A stretch of DNA of 64,000 nucleotides, from the NCBI GenBank assembly GCA_046583315.1, contig JAYGCN010000034.1, forward strand, positions 8,860 through 72,859. The letters are read 5' to 3'. Below the pieces are notes generated by a model that worked only from the letters and a program-made list of their open reading frames with translations, made no database searches and was not told the DNA's origin. The position numbers and the translations under genes are program-made. Every line of letters begins with the position of its first letter. Position 1 is the first letter of the stretch. The DNA is from Candidatus Hydrogenedentota bacterium. GTDB lineage: Bacteria; Hydrogenedentota; Hydrogenedentia; Hydrogenedentales; GCA-2746185. Below, in pieces: positions 50,600 to 60,970 of this stretch.

Positions 50600-51973
50600 C
50601 TATTTCCCAATGCAAAACGAGTTGAAAATATGCCCTAAGACTTCATCCGGAGTCGTCTCGCCGGTGATCTCGCCCAGTGCCGCCAGCGCGTCATCCATGT
50701 CAATGCTCATGAATTCCGGAGACGTATCGTAATTGCCTTGAAGCCGCTTAAGCGCCTCAATACCACGTCGCAAACTGTCCTTCTGATGCGCCCGCGTGAT
50801 CATGCCCTGATCCGGCATAAATTCCTTGCCATCGCGCAACAAAACACCCAGCGCATGCTCCATCTCCGCCAAACCCGTCTCTTCCACGGCCGACACTTCG
50901 CAAACAGCGGTCACCTCGTCACGATAGTCCGACAAATCTGCAGATATCCCCAAATCAATCTTGTTCGCGATCAACATCGTAGGCACCTTCGCCGATAGTG
51001 CCTCGTCCAGAATGCGCCGATCTTCTTCAGACAACGGAGCCGATGCGTCCACAACAAACAAGACCACATCACTTTCCGACAACGCCACCCGCGCGCGATC
51101 CACCCCGATGCGTTCCACGTCATCATCCGTCTCGCGAATCCCGGCCATGTCCACCAGCTTCACCGCAATACCCTCGATACTGATCACTTCTTCCAACACA
51201 TCGCGCGTCGTTCCCGCATGATGCGTCACGATGGCCCGTGCATCGCGCAACAACGCATTAAATAAACTCGACTTGCCCACATTCGGCTTGCCCGCAATCA
51301 CCGCCGATGCCCCTTCGCGATACAAACGCCCCGCATCCGCATTCGCAAACAGAGACTCCATGCCCGCAAGCACCCCGTCGATTCTTGCTTTCAACTCAGG
51401 CGTGATCAGCTCAGGTAGATCGTCATCAGGAAAATCGACCGCCGCCTCAATATGCGCCTTGGCCAGCACCAGATCTTCACGAAACGCATGCAGTGTTTTT
51501 GACAATGCCCCCCGTGCCGCAGCCGATGCCGCCTTCAATCCCGCCTGGGTCATCGCCTGAATACGGTCCATCACCGCCTCAGCCTGCACCAAATCGATGC
51601 GCCCATTCATAAATGCCCGCTGCGTGAATTCACCCGGGCCCGCCAACCGTGCGCCGGCCTCCAACACTGCGGACAATATCGCTTGAAGAGGAGCCGCACC
51701 GCCATGCCCATTGATTTCAACGACATCTTCGGCCGTGTAACTATGCGGACCGCGCATCACATGCACGAGCACCTCATCAACGGCCTCCTCGTTCACGCAA
51801 AACTCACCGTAATACACTTGGCGCGCGTCGCCGGAAATGTCCTTGCCCGTGGCCGACACGAAATAACCCCGCACCACATCCACCGCAGTCGGCCCGCTCA
51901 CACGCACGATTCCAATCCCCCCCGCACCCGGAGGCGTAGAGATTGCCGCTATCGTATCGGCATCAGACTGCAT
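50600..51973 (-). CDS. mnmE: tRNA modification GTPase MnmE
   Basis: DTIAAISTPPG, PGEFT.RAF.NGRIDL.QAE, GKPNVGKS, GTTRD, NKID, terminal FCIGK. Confidence 0.97.
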   Translation of the reverse strand: MQSDADTIAAISTPPGAGGIGIVRVSGPTAVDVVRGYFVSATGKDISGDARQVYYGEFCVNEEAVDEVLVHVMRGPHSYTAEDVVEINGHGGAAPLQAILSAVLEAGARLAGPGEFTQRAFMNGRIDLVQAEAVMDRIQAMTQAGLKAASAAARGALSKTLHAFREDLVLAKAHIEAAVDFPDDDLPELITPELKARIDGVLAGMESLFANADAGRLYREGASAVIAGKPNVGKSSLFNALLRDARAIVTHHAGTTRDVLEEVISIEGIAVKLVDMAGIRETDDDVERIGVDRARVALSESDVVLFVVDASAPLSEEDRRILDEALSAKVPTMLIANKIDLGISADLSDYRDEVTAVCEVSAVEETGLAEMEHALGVLLRDGKEFMPDQGMITRAHQKDSLRRGIEALKRLQGNYDTSPEFMSIDMDDALAALGEITGETTPDEVLGHIFNSFCIGK

Positions 51974-52024
51974 GATCGGTCTCGCTGGTTAGCCGCAAAG
52001 AGTTTTCAGGTACGGGATCGCGCG

Positions 52025-53500
52025 CTAGTCTTCGTCTTTCGCAGCGTCATCACCATCGGAATCAACCGTAGCAACGGCCTCGCCATCCTCGACCACTTCA
52101 TCCGTCGTTTCGTCAGTCGTTTCGTCAGTCGTTTCGTCGGTCGTTTCGTCGGTCGTTTCGTCAGTCGTTTCGTCGGTCGTTTCGTCGGTCGATTCGTCAG
52201 TCGATTCGTCAGTCGATTCATCATCTGATTCGTCATCTGATTCGTCAACCACTTCGTCAACCGACTCATCGCTCACATCAGACTCAACAACTTCCGATTC
52301 AGTAGGCTCAGCATCACTATCGGACGCTGCATCATCGTCGGAATCCTTGGACTCCACCTGGCCTTCATTGTTCGGCACAATCACCACACGTCGCAATGTC
52401 GATCCGCCCAAGCTAAACGTGCGAATTTCCTCGTCGTCTTCAAGAATCAGATGCACAATACGGCGTTCGTGGGCGTCCAGCGGTTTGATACGCATGCTGC
52501 GACCCGTTTCCTTGGCACGCGCCGCCATCGACAAGGCCATTTCTTCCAGCGTCTCGCGACGACGTTTCACATAGCCCTCAACATCAACGACAAGGCGATC
52601 CACAACATCATCCTCTTCACCCTTGAGGATGATACGGTTCATAATGAACTGCAACGCTTCCAGGTTACGACCCTTGCGCCCGATCAATATCGCCGAATCT
52701 TCAGTCGCCACATCCAATACCAGATCCATCTCTTTGTTCAACGAACTGGTCACCGTCGACTCCATGCCCATATTGCTAATGATTTCCTGCAACAACACCG
52801 CAGCATCCTTACCCAACGCCTCTGCCGCTACCGTATCGATAGGCGTCGTACGTTCGCGACGTTTCGGACGTGACTGCTTCTCCTGTTTAGGCTTACGCTC
52901 GCGCTGCGGACGCTTCTGATCGCGATTCTCATTTCGATTCTCTTTGCGATTGTTATTGCGTTTCGAACGATCTCCCCGTTGCCCACCTTCGTTACGTTGG
53001 CCCCGGCCTTCGGATTTTTTCTCCGAACGGTTTTCGTTACGATTGCGATTACGACTCGGGCGTTCTTCACCCTTCTCACTCGCACTCGGCTCAGCACGAT
53101 TGCCATCCACTTCCCGATTCCCGCGATTCTCGTTCTGGCCACGACCTCGCCCATCGCGATTCTGGCGATCACCCCGACCACGGCTCCGGTTACGATTGCG
53201 ATTCTGGCCCCGTCCATAATCAATCGGGCGTGCTTTGCGATTCTCCGGGTCTTTCCCGCCAAAATCCTCGTCGATCATGCGGTTCCCTATATTGTCCGCC
53301 TCGTCGGCATAGCTGCCATCGTCCGACAGATGTTCTGCACGCACAATAACTTCTACCTCGCGGGCACCAATACCCAAAAATCCCTTACTACCTTCATCCC
53401 TGATTTCGATTTCCACTTCGTGCAGTTCGCAGCCAAGCTTATCGAGTGCCTTCTGTATCGCACCCTGCCGTGTCGCTGCTGATGATTTTACCTGTCGCAT
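52025..53500 (-). CDS. jag: Jag/EloR (KhpB) RNA-binding protein: Jag_N, long linker, KH, R3H, acidic tail
   Basis: GSKGFLGIG (Jag_N), [12 protein letters not shown] (KH), ERRIVH (R3H); lies between yidC and mnmE. Confidence 0.93.
   Translation of the reverse strand: MRQVKSSAATRQGAIQKALDKLGCELHEVEIEIRDEGSKGFLGIGAREVEVIVRAEHLSDDGSYADEADNIGNRMIDEDFGGKDPENRKARPIDYGRGQNRNRNRSRGRGDRQNRDGRGRGQNENRGNREVDGNRAEPSASEKGEERPSRNRNRNENRSEKKSEGRGQRNEGGQRGDRSKRNNNRKENRNENRDQKRPQRERKPKQEKQSRPKRRERTTPIDTVAAEALGKDAAVLLQEIISNMGMESTVTSSLNKEMDLVLDVATEDSAILIGRKGRNLEALQFIMNRIILKGEEDDVVDRLVVDVEGYVKRRRETLEEMALSMAARAKETGRSMRIKPLDAHERRIVHLILEDDEEIRTFSLGGSTLRRVVIVPNNEGQVESKDSDDDAASDSDAEPTESEVVESDVSDESVDEVVDESDDESDDESTDESTDESTDETTDETTDETTDETTDETTDETTDETTDEVVEDGEAVATVDSDGDDAAKDED
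52097..52264. repeat. 12-bp tandem array (about 14 units, consensus ttcgtcRgtcgW on +)
   Basis: Read directly; encodes (DEST/DETT)n in the Jag C-terminal tail. Confidence 0.95.
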
Positions 53501-53622
53501 GATTCTTCTCTCCTGTTTCAGGCCAACACTGTGGCCAAGTCTGTGGCGATTGAAAATTGAATCGGTTGGCCAAAGAAGGGCCTCAGATTGTTACCGATTC
53601 ACGCAGTTTTCTCTTGTTAACG

Positions 53623-55554
53623 CTATTTCTTCTTCTTCTTTTTATTGCGCCGTTCTTCTTTCGCCTGCTCTCGTTTACGTTCCTGTGCGCGCGTATAAAA
53701 ATGCTGTTTGCGCTTTTTCCGAACGTCCTCCACTGTTTTTTTCTTCTTCTTTTTCACTTTAGCCGGAGCCGAATCGGATTCAGGATCCTTGCTCCGGTTA
53801 ATGACCTGTTGTTGCACAATTCCTAGCACCGTACTGGTCAAAACATATAAATTGATGCCCGCCGAAAACGGATACGACACCACCCCGAAAAATATCGGCA
53901 TGATCCGCATCATCATCTGCTGCTGCGGATTCTGCATCGCGCTCGACGAGTTCATCCGCATACTGAACACCATCGCAACCACCATCAAAAGCGGAAGGAT
54001 ATTCAGGTACTCGATATACTGCCCGACAAACGGAACACCGGACAGAAACGGAAGATGGATCAACCGGTCCGGGAACGATAAATCATCAATCCACAGGAAC
54101 GTTGCACCGCGCATCTCAAAGGCGTTCATGATCATGCGATACAACGCAATAAATATCGGCATCTGCAAAAACATCGGCAAACAACCACCCAGCGGATTCA
54201 CCCCACGCTCGCGAAACATCTCCATTTGCGCCTGCGCGAAGGCCTGTTTATCCTCCTGGCTATCCCCGTATTTTTCCTTCAGTTCCTTCAATTCCGGCTG
54301 CAGTGCCTGCATCGCCTTCATCGAACGCATACTCTTCAACGTCAACGGCAACATCACCAGCCGCACCACCAACGTCAAAAGGATGATCGAAACACCATAA
54401 TTTCCAAAAAATCCATACCACCAATTCAGATTCGTCAGCAGCAACTTCGCAAACCAATCCAGAAAGTTAGGATAATCAAAAAACGTAAGCGCATTCGGCA
54501 AGGTCGGCCACGCCTTCGTCAATTCACTCAGATGCATCGGCCCCAGATAGACTTGGAACGAAGTCGAATGCGTCTCATTCGCAGCCACTTCAAAACGCGG
54601 CACCGTCACGCCGAATCGAACGTCTTCCTGCGTACCCGATACCCAGCCGTCTACCGTGCCTTCATCGCCGCCATTGCGAAACGCCGCCAAAAAATACTTC
54701 GTGCGATGCCCAATCCAGTCCACATCCGACATGCGACGACTTTCGGCCATATTACCCGCCTTGGGCAGGTCATTCAGATACTGCTTCTCCGGCTCAGGCT
54801 CACCCTCCGGATTCCACAACACCGACGGCTTGAACAAACGCCCACTGCTCGGCGCATTCACCCCCGGTCCCCAATTCAGCGTATACGCCGGCTCCAAATC
54901 AAGCCCCAACAAACGCGAACGCGTCTCCAAATTGCGATACGAAATATCCACATTCAACACATGTGATTTCTCGCTGAACGAAAACGTCTTCGTCACTTCC
55001 AGCGAATCCGGCAAGGTCAAACGGAAGGTGATCGAATCAAGCGTCGTTTCCTGCACCTCGAAACGGCGAATATCCAGCGCGTCCCGAATGTCGCTATGCG
55101 TAAATCGCAACCCGAAGGGATACACCATATCCGTATCCGGCTTGAACTCTTCCTCGACCGGAATCATCTGGAAGGTTTCTTCCACACCGTTGCTCAGCTT
55201 GATGTTCGCCTGCTTCAGACGCGCCCCAATTTTCGTGAACACCAGACGTAACTCATCGTCCTCAATAACCACTTCGTCCTCAAACGCATCCTTAATCGAA
55301 GGCACTTCAGGAAGGTTCGGCCACTGTACAGGCGCGTCAGGGTTCGCCGCATTTGCAGAAGAGTCCGGCAACGCACTCGAAGGAGAAGAATCGGCCCGAG
55401 CCTGTTCCGTCTCGGCCACACTCTCTTGCCCGGGCTCAACAACGGGCGGCTTGGGCGCCATGAAATACATCCAGCCCATCACCACAGCACCTATCAGCAG
55501 CATCGCACGCATCTGACGGCGCATCATATCTTTATCGTGATCATCATCCAGCAT
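53623..55554 (-). CDS. yidC: Membrane protein insertase YidC
   Basis: N-terminal TM, large periplasmic domain, GNYG.SII.LT..VR, GVNPLGGCLP...QMPIF, FLWI.DLS.PD. Confidence 0.96.
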   Translation of the reverse strand: MLDDDHDKDMMRRQMRAMLLIGAVVMGWMYFMAPKPPVVEPGQESVAETEQARADSSPSSALPDSSANAANPDAPVQWPNLPEVPSIKDAFEDEVVIEDDELRLVFTKIGARLKQANIKLSNGVEETFQMIPVEEEFKPDTDMVYPFGLRFTHSDIRDALDIRRFEVQETTLDSITFRLTLPDSLEVTKTFSFSEKSHVLNVDISYRNLETRSRLLGLDLEPAYTLNWGPGVNAPSSGRLFKPSVLWNPEGEPEPEKQYLNDLPKAGNMAESRRMSDVDWIGHRTKYFLAAFRNGGDEGTVDGWVSGTQEDVRFGVTVPRFEVAANETHSTSFQVYLGPMHLSELTKAWPTLPNALTFFDYPNFLDWFAKLLLTNLNWWYGFFGNYGVSIILLTLVVRLVMLPLTLKSMRSMKAMQALQPELKELKEKYGDSQEDKQAFAQAQMEMFRERGVNPLGGCLPMFLQMPIFIALYRMIMNAFEMRGATFLWIDDLSFPDRLIHLPFLSGVPFVGQYIEYLNILPLLMVVAMVFSMRMNSSSAMQNPQQQMMMRIMPIFFGVVSYPFSAGINLYVLTSTVLGIVQQQVINRSKDPESDSAPAKVKKKKKKTVEDVRKKRKQHFYTRAQERKREQAKEERRNKKKKKK

Positions 55555-55634
55555 TCGGATCTCCAGTCATCGGCGCAAAAACATGCGACCCAACAACGGC
55601 ACGGTTTACCAGAAACGATCTAGCCTGATTCGGC

Positions 55635-55856
55635 TCAAGGTACAGGATCATAACCTCCCTTATTGAACGGATGGCATCGGGCAATTCGGCATGCGCCCAA
55701 CCATACGCCCTTGAAAGGCCCATACTTGGCTATCGCATCGATCGTGTACTGCGAGCAAGAAGGTTCGAAGCGGCAACAACCGCCCGTAAGCGCAACCAAC
55801 ACCGGGGATAACGTCTTCTGATACAAACGCACACATCCGATTATCAGTCTAGTCAC
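55635..55856 (-). CDS. yidD: Membrane protein insertion efficiency factor YidD
   Basis: [32 protein letters not shown] start near the rnpA stop. Confidence 0.95.
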   Translation of the reverse strand: MTRLIIGCVRLYQKTLSPVLVALTGGCCRFEPSCSQYTIDAIAKYGPFKGVWLGACRIARCHPFNKGGYDPVP

Positions 55857-56205
55857 GCAACACACCTCCAACCTCGAACAAATGCGCTATCGCGTCATGA
55901 CACTCCTCATAACTCAGCGTTGCCGCCCGAGGACGCGCCACAATCACCATGCGAATTCCACTGTCCAATCGGGGACGATGATGTCGATACACTTCGCGGA
56001 TATACCGCTTCACCCGATTGCGAACGACAGAGTTTCCGACACGGCGCGATACCGCCAGTCCGAACTTTCGTTCCTGCCCCTCATCCCGCACCAGATAGAA
56101 GATAAACTGCCGTCGGACCGTCTTGTGGCCCTCGTCATAAATCTGCAGATACTCGCTTCGTCGAAGAACATGTTCACTTCGTGGAAACTGATACTGGCCC
56201 GGCAT
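55849..56205 (-). CDS. rnpA: Ribonuclease P protein component
   Basis: [25 protein letters not shown] motif. Confidence 0.95.
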   Translation of the reverse strand: MPGQYQFPRSEHVLRRSEYLQIYDEGHKTVRRQFIFYLVRDEGQERKFGLAVSRRVGNSVVRNRVKRYIREVYRHHRPRLDSGIRMVIVARPRAATLSYEECHDAIAHLFEVGGVLRD

Positions 56206-56302
56206 AAATAGGCTCTTAAGTTGCTCGTCGCACACCGAAACCACCGTTCCGATGTTTCTGGTTCTACCAGTTAAAATTTCAATTCAACACGTTGACCGCA
56301 AC

Positions 56303-56437
56303 TTACACGGACAAACGTTTACGCCCGCGAGCACGCCGACGACGAATCACATTACGGCCGCCAACAGTGGCCATACGCGCGCGGAACCCATGGGTCCGTT
56401 TCCGCTTGATGTTGGACGGTTGATAAGTCCTTTTCAC
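56303..56437 (-). CDS. rpmH: 50S ribosomal protein L34
   Basis: Below the ORF-track cutoff; translated by hand from GTG 56437: [53 protein letters not shown]. Confidence 0.97.
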   Translation of the reverse strand: MKRTYQPSNIKRKRTHGFRARMATVGGRNVIRRRRARGRKRLSV

Positions 56438-56564
56438 TGATCTCTCCTTAAATAGTTGAACACACGATCACACGGCGAACTCATATCACCGGGATCAAAA
56501 ACAAACCAAAGAATGCAGCGGAACGCGAAGATGGCGTAAGAGTCTATCCGCTAACGATTTCGGA

Positions 56565-56593
56565 ATGATACGGCATTTCCCGCAATCAATCAA
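56565..56593 (-). promoter_or_regulatory. Candidate sigma70 promoter for the rpmH operon
   Basis: Minus strand TTGATT-17 bp-TATCAT. Confidence 0.45.
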
Positions 56594-56677
56594 CTTTTAC
56601 GTATTTTGGGGTCAGTCTCCAGGTGTCAAATGCTGCTCCCTCTATCCCCTAAAGTATTATAAAACAGTTACTTACGC

Positions 56678-57463
56678 CTATTCCGCCTGAGGAACACCAA
56701 CCAGATATGTACCAGGTACAGGCATGCCCGGCACTTTATTCGTGCCGATTTCCCATGAGTACCCCTCCCCACCAACCTCTTCCGCCATGGCCAGCATCTC
56801 CTCCGGCGTATACATCCTAAGACACGAAACGATGCCATCAATCATAATCAGTGGCGCCGCCACAGGGAACAGATACGTCCAGAACAAGCGCGACCAACGG
56901 AAGGGTTTTACAAACGGTGTCACCAAGAGAACGATCAGCGGAATGAAAATCATCAGAACGATCCCCACTGCGGATCGTTCCGTGAATTCAACGACCGCGA
57001 TTCCTTCACGCCGCTCTACCGCATCCTGCAAAATTCGTTTACAATCTTCCGGCCCAAAATGGTGGAAGGAAGAAAAAAGCGTTCTAAACCCGCGTACGTT
57101 GTCGGGTACATGCAACATATCCACCGACTCATTCAGAAAAGTAATGGAATCCCCGTGTTGCGCACACACAGTTTCGAAGGCCGCAGCGTTCGGATGCAAG
57201 TCAGTGAGCACTACCTTCAAGTCCTCGCCCAATTCCTCCGAAACCAATCCCTGCAAACGACCCCACGGACCCGCACCGCCCGATCCCAAATCAATCACCC
57301 GATTCGTGCCGCATTTCCGAATCGCCTTAGCGAGAATCGGTGCCATTGAATCATGAATCTTGCCTATCGCCTCAACATGTGCCAAATAATCGGTCGCCGC
57401 ATCACGCAACGACGTAGGCACCCAGGGTTGCTCGTGAAACTCTATCAAGTGAAACCGTCTCAC
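56678..57463 (-). CDS. Class I SAM-dependent methyltransferase-like protein
   Basis: VIDLGSGGAGP, LTDL, FHHF motifs. Confidence 0.8.
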   Translation of the reverse strand: MRRFHLIEFHEQPWVPTSLRDAATDYLAHVEAIGKIHDSMAPILAKAIRKCGTNRVIDLGSGGAGPWGRLQGLVSEELGEDLKVVLTDLHPNAAAFETVCAQHGDSITFLNESVDMLHVPDNVRGFRTLFSSFHHFGPEDCKRILQDAVERREGIAVVEFTERSAVGIVLMIFIPLIVLLVTPFVKPFRWSRLFWTYLFPVAAPLIMIDGIVSCLRMYTPEEMLAMAEEVGGEGYSWEIGTNKVPGMPVPGTYLVGVPQAE

Positions 57464-57486
57464 AAACTCGTTTCCTTCTATCCGGA

Positions 57487-57912
57487 TTAGTCCCCCGCCT
57501 TACGCTTTACCTTTCGCAAAATGCCCGAAAAACTCAGCAACGATTGCTCGCCCGTCGTCACCAATCCACGCACAAACAGCATACGCCCCGTCTCATGGAT
57601 CACTTCGCCCTTCGCTTCAAGCAGATCGCCAATATCCGCGGAAGCAATGAACTCGCTGGTAAACGAAATTGTCACAGCACCGATGTCCATCAACTGCTCA
57701 CGCGGAATCACGAACAGCGCGTAGTCCGCGAAAGTCATCAACACACCACCATGCACGTTACCCTGCCCGTTCATGTGCTTTTCTTCCAACATCAAGCGAC
57801 TGACATACTCATCACCAACCTTCTTGTAATACATCGGCCCGCAGAGGTCCTCGAAATGATCCCTACCGATCCAATTTTCCCAACCCGCATGCCACGACGC
57901 TTCTTCACTCAT
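57487..57912 (-). CDS. PaaI/hotdog-fold thioesterase
   Basis: HMN..G.VHGG.LMTFAD; ATG 57912 has a GGAG upstream. Confidence 0.88.
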   Translation of the reverse strand: MSEEASWHAGWENWIGRDHFEDLCGPMYYKKVGDEYVSRLMLEEKHMNGQGNVHGGVLMTFADYALFVIPREQLMDIGAVTISFTSEFIASADIGDLLEAKGEVIHETGRMLFVRGLVTTGEQSLLSFSGILRKVKRKAGD

Positions 57913-58060
57913 AAAAATGCACTCCAAAATCCCGACTTCTAAACGTAAAGTATACCGCGCGCCAAGGGAGCAATGGCAATCCGCATTTTGACAACACCAC
58001 TCACTTTTCAGCACAATCCCACACTTCAACCCGCAATCTACCCCATCAGGAGCACTCCCC

Positions 58061-58849
58061 ATGTCCACCCCAGACCTCGCAATCCCCTCACTCTTCTCCG
58101 TCAAAGGCAAAGTCGCCGTCGTTACCGGCGGTTCACGCGGCATCGGACTCATGATCGCCCTGGGTTACGTGCAAAACGGCGCAAAAGTATACATCTCCTC
58201 GCGCAAAGCCGAAGTCTGCGACGCCGTAGCCGAAGAACTCTCGAAAATCGGCGAATGCATCTCGATTCCCGCAGACCTCTCCAACAAAGAAGGCTGGGAA
58301 ACCCTCGTCAACGGCATCAAAGAAAACGAAGACTCCCTCGATATCCTCGTCAACAACGCCGGAGCCACCTGGGGCGAACCCTTCGACGACTTTCCCGAAG
58401 ACGGCTACGACCGTACCATGGACATCAACGTGAAAGGCATCTTCTTCCTTACCCAGATGCTCATGCCCCTGCTCGAAAACGGCACCACCACCGACAATCC
58501 CGCCCGCATCATTAACATCGGCAGCATCGACGGTATCAAAGTCTCCAAAATAGACAACTTTCCCTACGGCCCCAGCAAAGCCGCCGTGCATCACCTCACC
58601 AAAGTCCTCGCCGTACGTCTCGCAGGTCGTGGTGTCACCGTCAACGCAATCGCCCCCGGCCCCTTCGAAAGCAAGATGATGCAATGGACCCTCGAAAATT
58701 TCAAAGATCAAATCGAAGACAACTGCCCCATGGGACGAATCGGGTCCACCGAAGACATGGCCGCCCTGTCCCTCTTCCTCGCATCCCCCGGTGCCAGCTA
58801 CATCAACGGCACCATCATCCCTCTCGACGGCGGCATCTGCATCAACTAG
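58061..58849 (+). CDS. SDR family oxidoreductase (RhlG-like subgroup)
   Basis: TGGSRGIG.MIA, NNAGATWG, IGSIDG, Y..SKAAVH, PGPF.SKM. Confidence 0.92.
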   Translation: MSTPDLAIPSLFSVKGKVAVVTGGSRGIGLMIALGYVQNGAKVYISSRKAEVCDAVAEELSKIGECISIPADLSNKEGWETLVNGIKENEDSLDILVNNAGATWGEPFDDFPEDGYDRTMDINVKGIFFLTQMLMPLLENGTTTDNPARIINIGSIDGIKVSKIDNFPYGPSKAAVHHLTKVLAVRLAGRGVTVNAIAPGPFESKMMQWTLENFKDQIEDNCPMGRIGSTEDMAALSLFLASPGASYINGTIIPLDGGICIN

Positions 58850-58885
58850 AAAAAGCGCGAGCCAGAGACATCCTCTGGCTCGCGC
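58850..58885 (-). terminator. Intrinsic terminator between convergent genes
   Basis: 13-bp perfect stem gcgcgagccagag/ctctggctcgcgc with 5-nt loop; TTTTT follows on the minus strand. Confidence 0.82.
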
Positions 58886-58908
58886 GTGAAGTTTACTCTT
58901 TCGAATTA

Positions 58909-59817
58909 CTACTCAGGTCGCTGTTCAACACCCGGTCGTCCTTGAGGTCTCTTAGGACCGTCCGCTTCCCGCCTGTGCTTCGGCGAATCCTCCGGCGTCA
59001 ACACACCATCACCATTCGTGTCCAAGCGGTCAAAAAATGGCTCCATGCGTTTAGCCATCTCACTCTTGTCCAGCCGACCATCCCCATTCGCATCCATCTG
59101 CGAAATCATTATCTCCACACCGGTCCGATCCCCAGGTCGTCTAGAACCTTCTCCACGCTCCGGCTGCGATCCCCTGCGAGGCGGCCCATCACCCGCTTCC
59201 GGTCCTCGACGATCATCACGCGGTCCACGCTCCGGCCCACGACGCGCCTGTTCACGCATCGCCGAAGCCTCACGTTTATCAATCGTATCATCGCCATTGC
59301 GATCCAATCGCGCAAACATCCGCGTCATCCGATCCGGTGTCTCATCCAATTGCAATTTTCCGTCACCATTCAAATCAAAACGCTCAATCACCGCATCAAA
59401 GCCTTGACCTTGTCCGCGTTCAGGTCGGTCCCAATGCTCCGGTCGCTGCCCACGTTCAGGACGATCACTCTGCCCCTCTGGCCGTGCCCCGCTTTCAGGC
59501 CGCTCTCCGCGCTGTGGTCGCTCGCCACGCGCACGCATTTCCAGACCCTTCTCCGCTTCAGCGATACTCAACGCGCCATCGTTATCGCTATCAAGAATTT
59601 CCAGCAAGTGTTTCGGAAAACGCTCCGGCATTTCTGACGATTGCAAGATACCATCGCCGTTCGCATCATGCTTTTGAATGATTTCCGACAACGGCGGTCG
59701 TTCCCGGCCTTCACCATCCCCATGCGGACCACGCGCTCCACGTTCCTGGGCAACCGCACTCGCCCCCACAAGCATCGCCCCACAAATCCCCATCAATATG
59801 AATCGTCTGGTTTTCAT
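58909..59817 (-). CDS. Exported EF-hand protein with R/P/G/E-rich linkers
   Basis: Signal peptide; six D.[ND].D[GD].[LI]...E loops (DANGDGIL, DSDNDGAL, DLNGDGKL, DRNGDDTI, DANGDGRL, DTNGDGVL); RPERG-type repeats. Confidence 0.88.
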   Translation of the reverse strand: MKTRRFILMGICGAMLVGASAVAQERGARGPHGDGEGRERPPLSEIIQKHDANGDGILQSSEMPERFPKHLLEILDSDNDGALSIAEAEKGLEMRARGERPQRGERPESGARPEGQSDRPERGQRPEHWDRPERGQGQGFDAVIERFDLNGDGKLQLDETPDRMTRMFARLDRNGDDTIDKREASAMREQARRGPERGPRDDRRGPEAGDGPPRRGSQPERGEGSRRPGDRTGVEIMISQMDANGDGRLDKSEMAKRMEPFFDRLDTNGDGVLTPEDSPKHRREADGPKRPQGRPGVEQRPE

Positions 59818-59954
59818 GTCCAGTCTCCTATACGACATCCCTGCGTTTCAGGGCTTCAAGAGCCTCAACCGCTCCTACCTCAAGAGTGGAAAAATCTGTC
59901 CCGGCGGTTACACAAATCCTGAAATTCCCGGAGGCGCGATGAATTGCCGGCGCA

Positions 59955-60680
59955 CTATTTCGTATATGAAGCGGGAATTTTAAGTTTTTCAATTCGAGTA
60001 TGACCTGGCGGCAATACGATCTCACTCACCATTCGATACCCAAGCTCCGGTTGTTCAATCACTACCGTATAGTTCCCCGGAGCTAGATCCTCAAAGGAAT
60101 ACCTACCCGATTCATTCGTCACCTGATAAAAATCATGATCGAACACATACACCCAGCCCCGCATCCAGCGATGAATGTCGCAAGTCAAATAAATAGGTTT
60201 TCCGTCCGGATGTAACTCAAACGTCGTTTCGTAATCGTGATCCCCCGTTGTCATCACATTGAACATTGAGCGATCATCATCCGACATCGCACGAACATTA
60301 TGATTGTGTCCATCCTCATTCGTAAACCGAACAGTCTGCCCGGCCCGCACAGCAATCACGTCAGGAACGAAAGTAAAATCGATCTGCTCTATCAACACTT
60401 CCGTGCTCTCGTCATCAGAAGAAGCCGTCAAAGCTCTCCCGTCAACGGACTCAAGATACACCACCACATTCGCCAGTCCTTTTGTATCCGGATCAACTTG
60501 TAACAGATCACGCAGCATCCCCGCGTCATCCCGCTCCGGATTCTTCGGCATTACATCATCAAAGTGAATCCAGCCTTCGATGGTACCTGTGCCCTGCGGC
60601 TCGCCATTCTTATCCCCGGACGTTTCCGTTCCGCCGCATCCCGCCAACACGAACAGCGTCACGACAAGAAATCGTCTCAT
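59955..60680 (-). CDS. Lipoprotein with cupredoxin-like and carboxypeptidase-regulatory-like domains
   Basis: LAGC lipobox; F.P.V....GQTV.F.N.D...HNV; C.IH.WM; G.Y.F.DL.PG.Y. Confidence 0.8.
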   Translation of the reverse strand: MRRFLVVTLFVLAGCGGTETSGDKNGEPQGTGTIEGWIHFDDVMPKNPERDDAGMLRDLLQVDPDTKGLANVVVYLESVDGRALTASSDDESTEVLIEQIDFTFVPDVIAVRAGQTVRFTNEDGHNHNVRAMSDDDRSMFNVMTTGDHDYETTFELHPDGKPIYLTCDIHRWMRGWVYVFDHDFYQVTNESGRYSFEDLAPGNYTVVIEQPELGYRMVSEIVLPPGHTRIEKLKIPASYTK

Positions 60681-60970
60681 TTCCCGTACTCGTTCAGTTT
60701 ATTGCGCAACGTTCGCACCGAAATATCCAACATGCCCGCCGCCTGCGTCTTATTATCCCCGCACGCCTCCAGCGTCGCAAAAATCAAGTCACGCTCCACC
60801 TCAGCCACCGTCATGCCCGCGCGAATACCACCCGCATCGACACCCACACCCGTGGTACCATCCAACAACACGAAATCACTCGACTGCAACTCGCTGCCCT
60901 CCGACAACACCACCGCGCGCTCCACACTGTTCTGCAATTCACGCACATTGCCCGGCCATTCATACGCCCG
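60677..60970 (-). pseudogene. C-terminal fragment of a sigma-54-dependent (NtrC/Fis-family) activator
   Basis: RAYEWPGNVRELQNSVERAV...EVERDLI..TL...GDNKTQAA.MLDISVRTLRNKL; in-frame TGA at 60989-60991; Walker A, GAFTGA and receiver parts are absent. Confidence 0.85.

Noticed and set aside
52097..52264. Tandem array considered as a CRISPR array
   Set aside because: 12-bp contiguous units with no unique spacers, in frame within jag, and no cas genes.
52006..52269. 87-aa RLTK/RPTK repeat ORF and 181-aa [11 protein letters not shown]
   Set aside because: Alternate-frame readings of the jag 12-bp repeat.
56440..56680. Possible tRNA, RNase P RNA or oriC upstream of rpmH
   Set aside because: No cloverleaf or T-loop motif, too short for RNase P RNA, and no DnaA-box cluster seen.
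60811..60970. Programmed frameshift joining the 61233 ORF to the activator tail
   Set aside because: No slippery heptamer or homopolymer at the junction, and the product would still lack the AAA+ core; deletion or misassembly is simpler.
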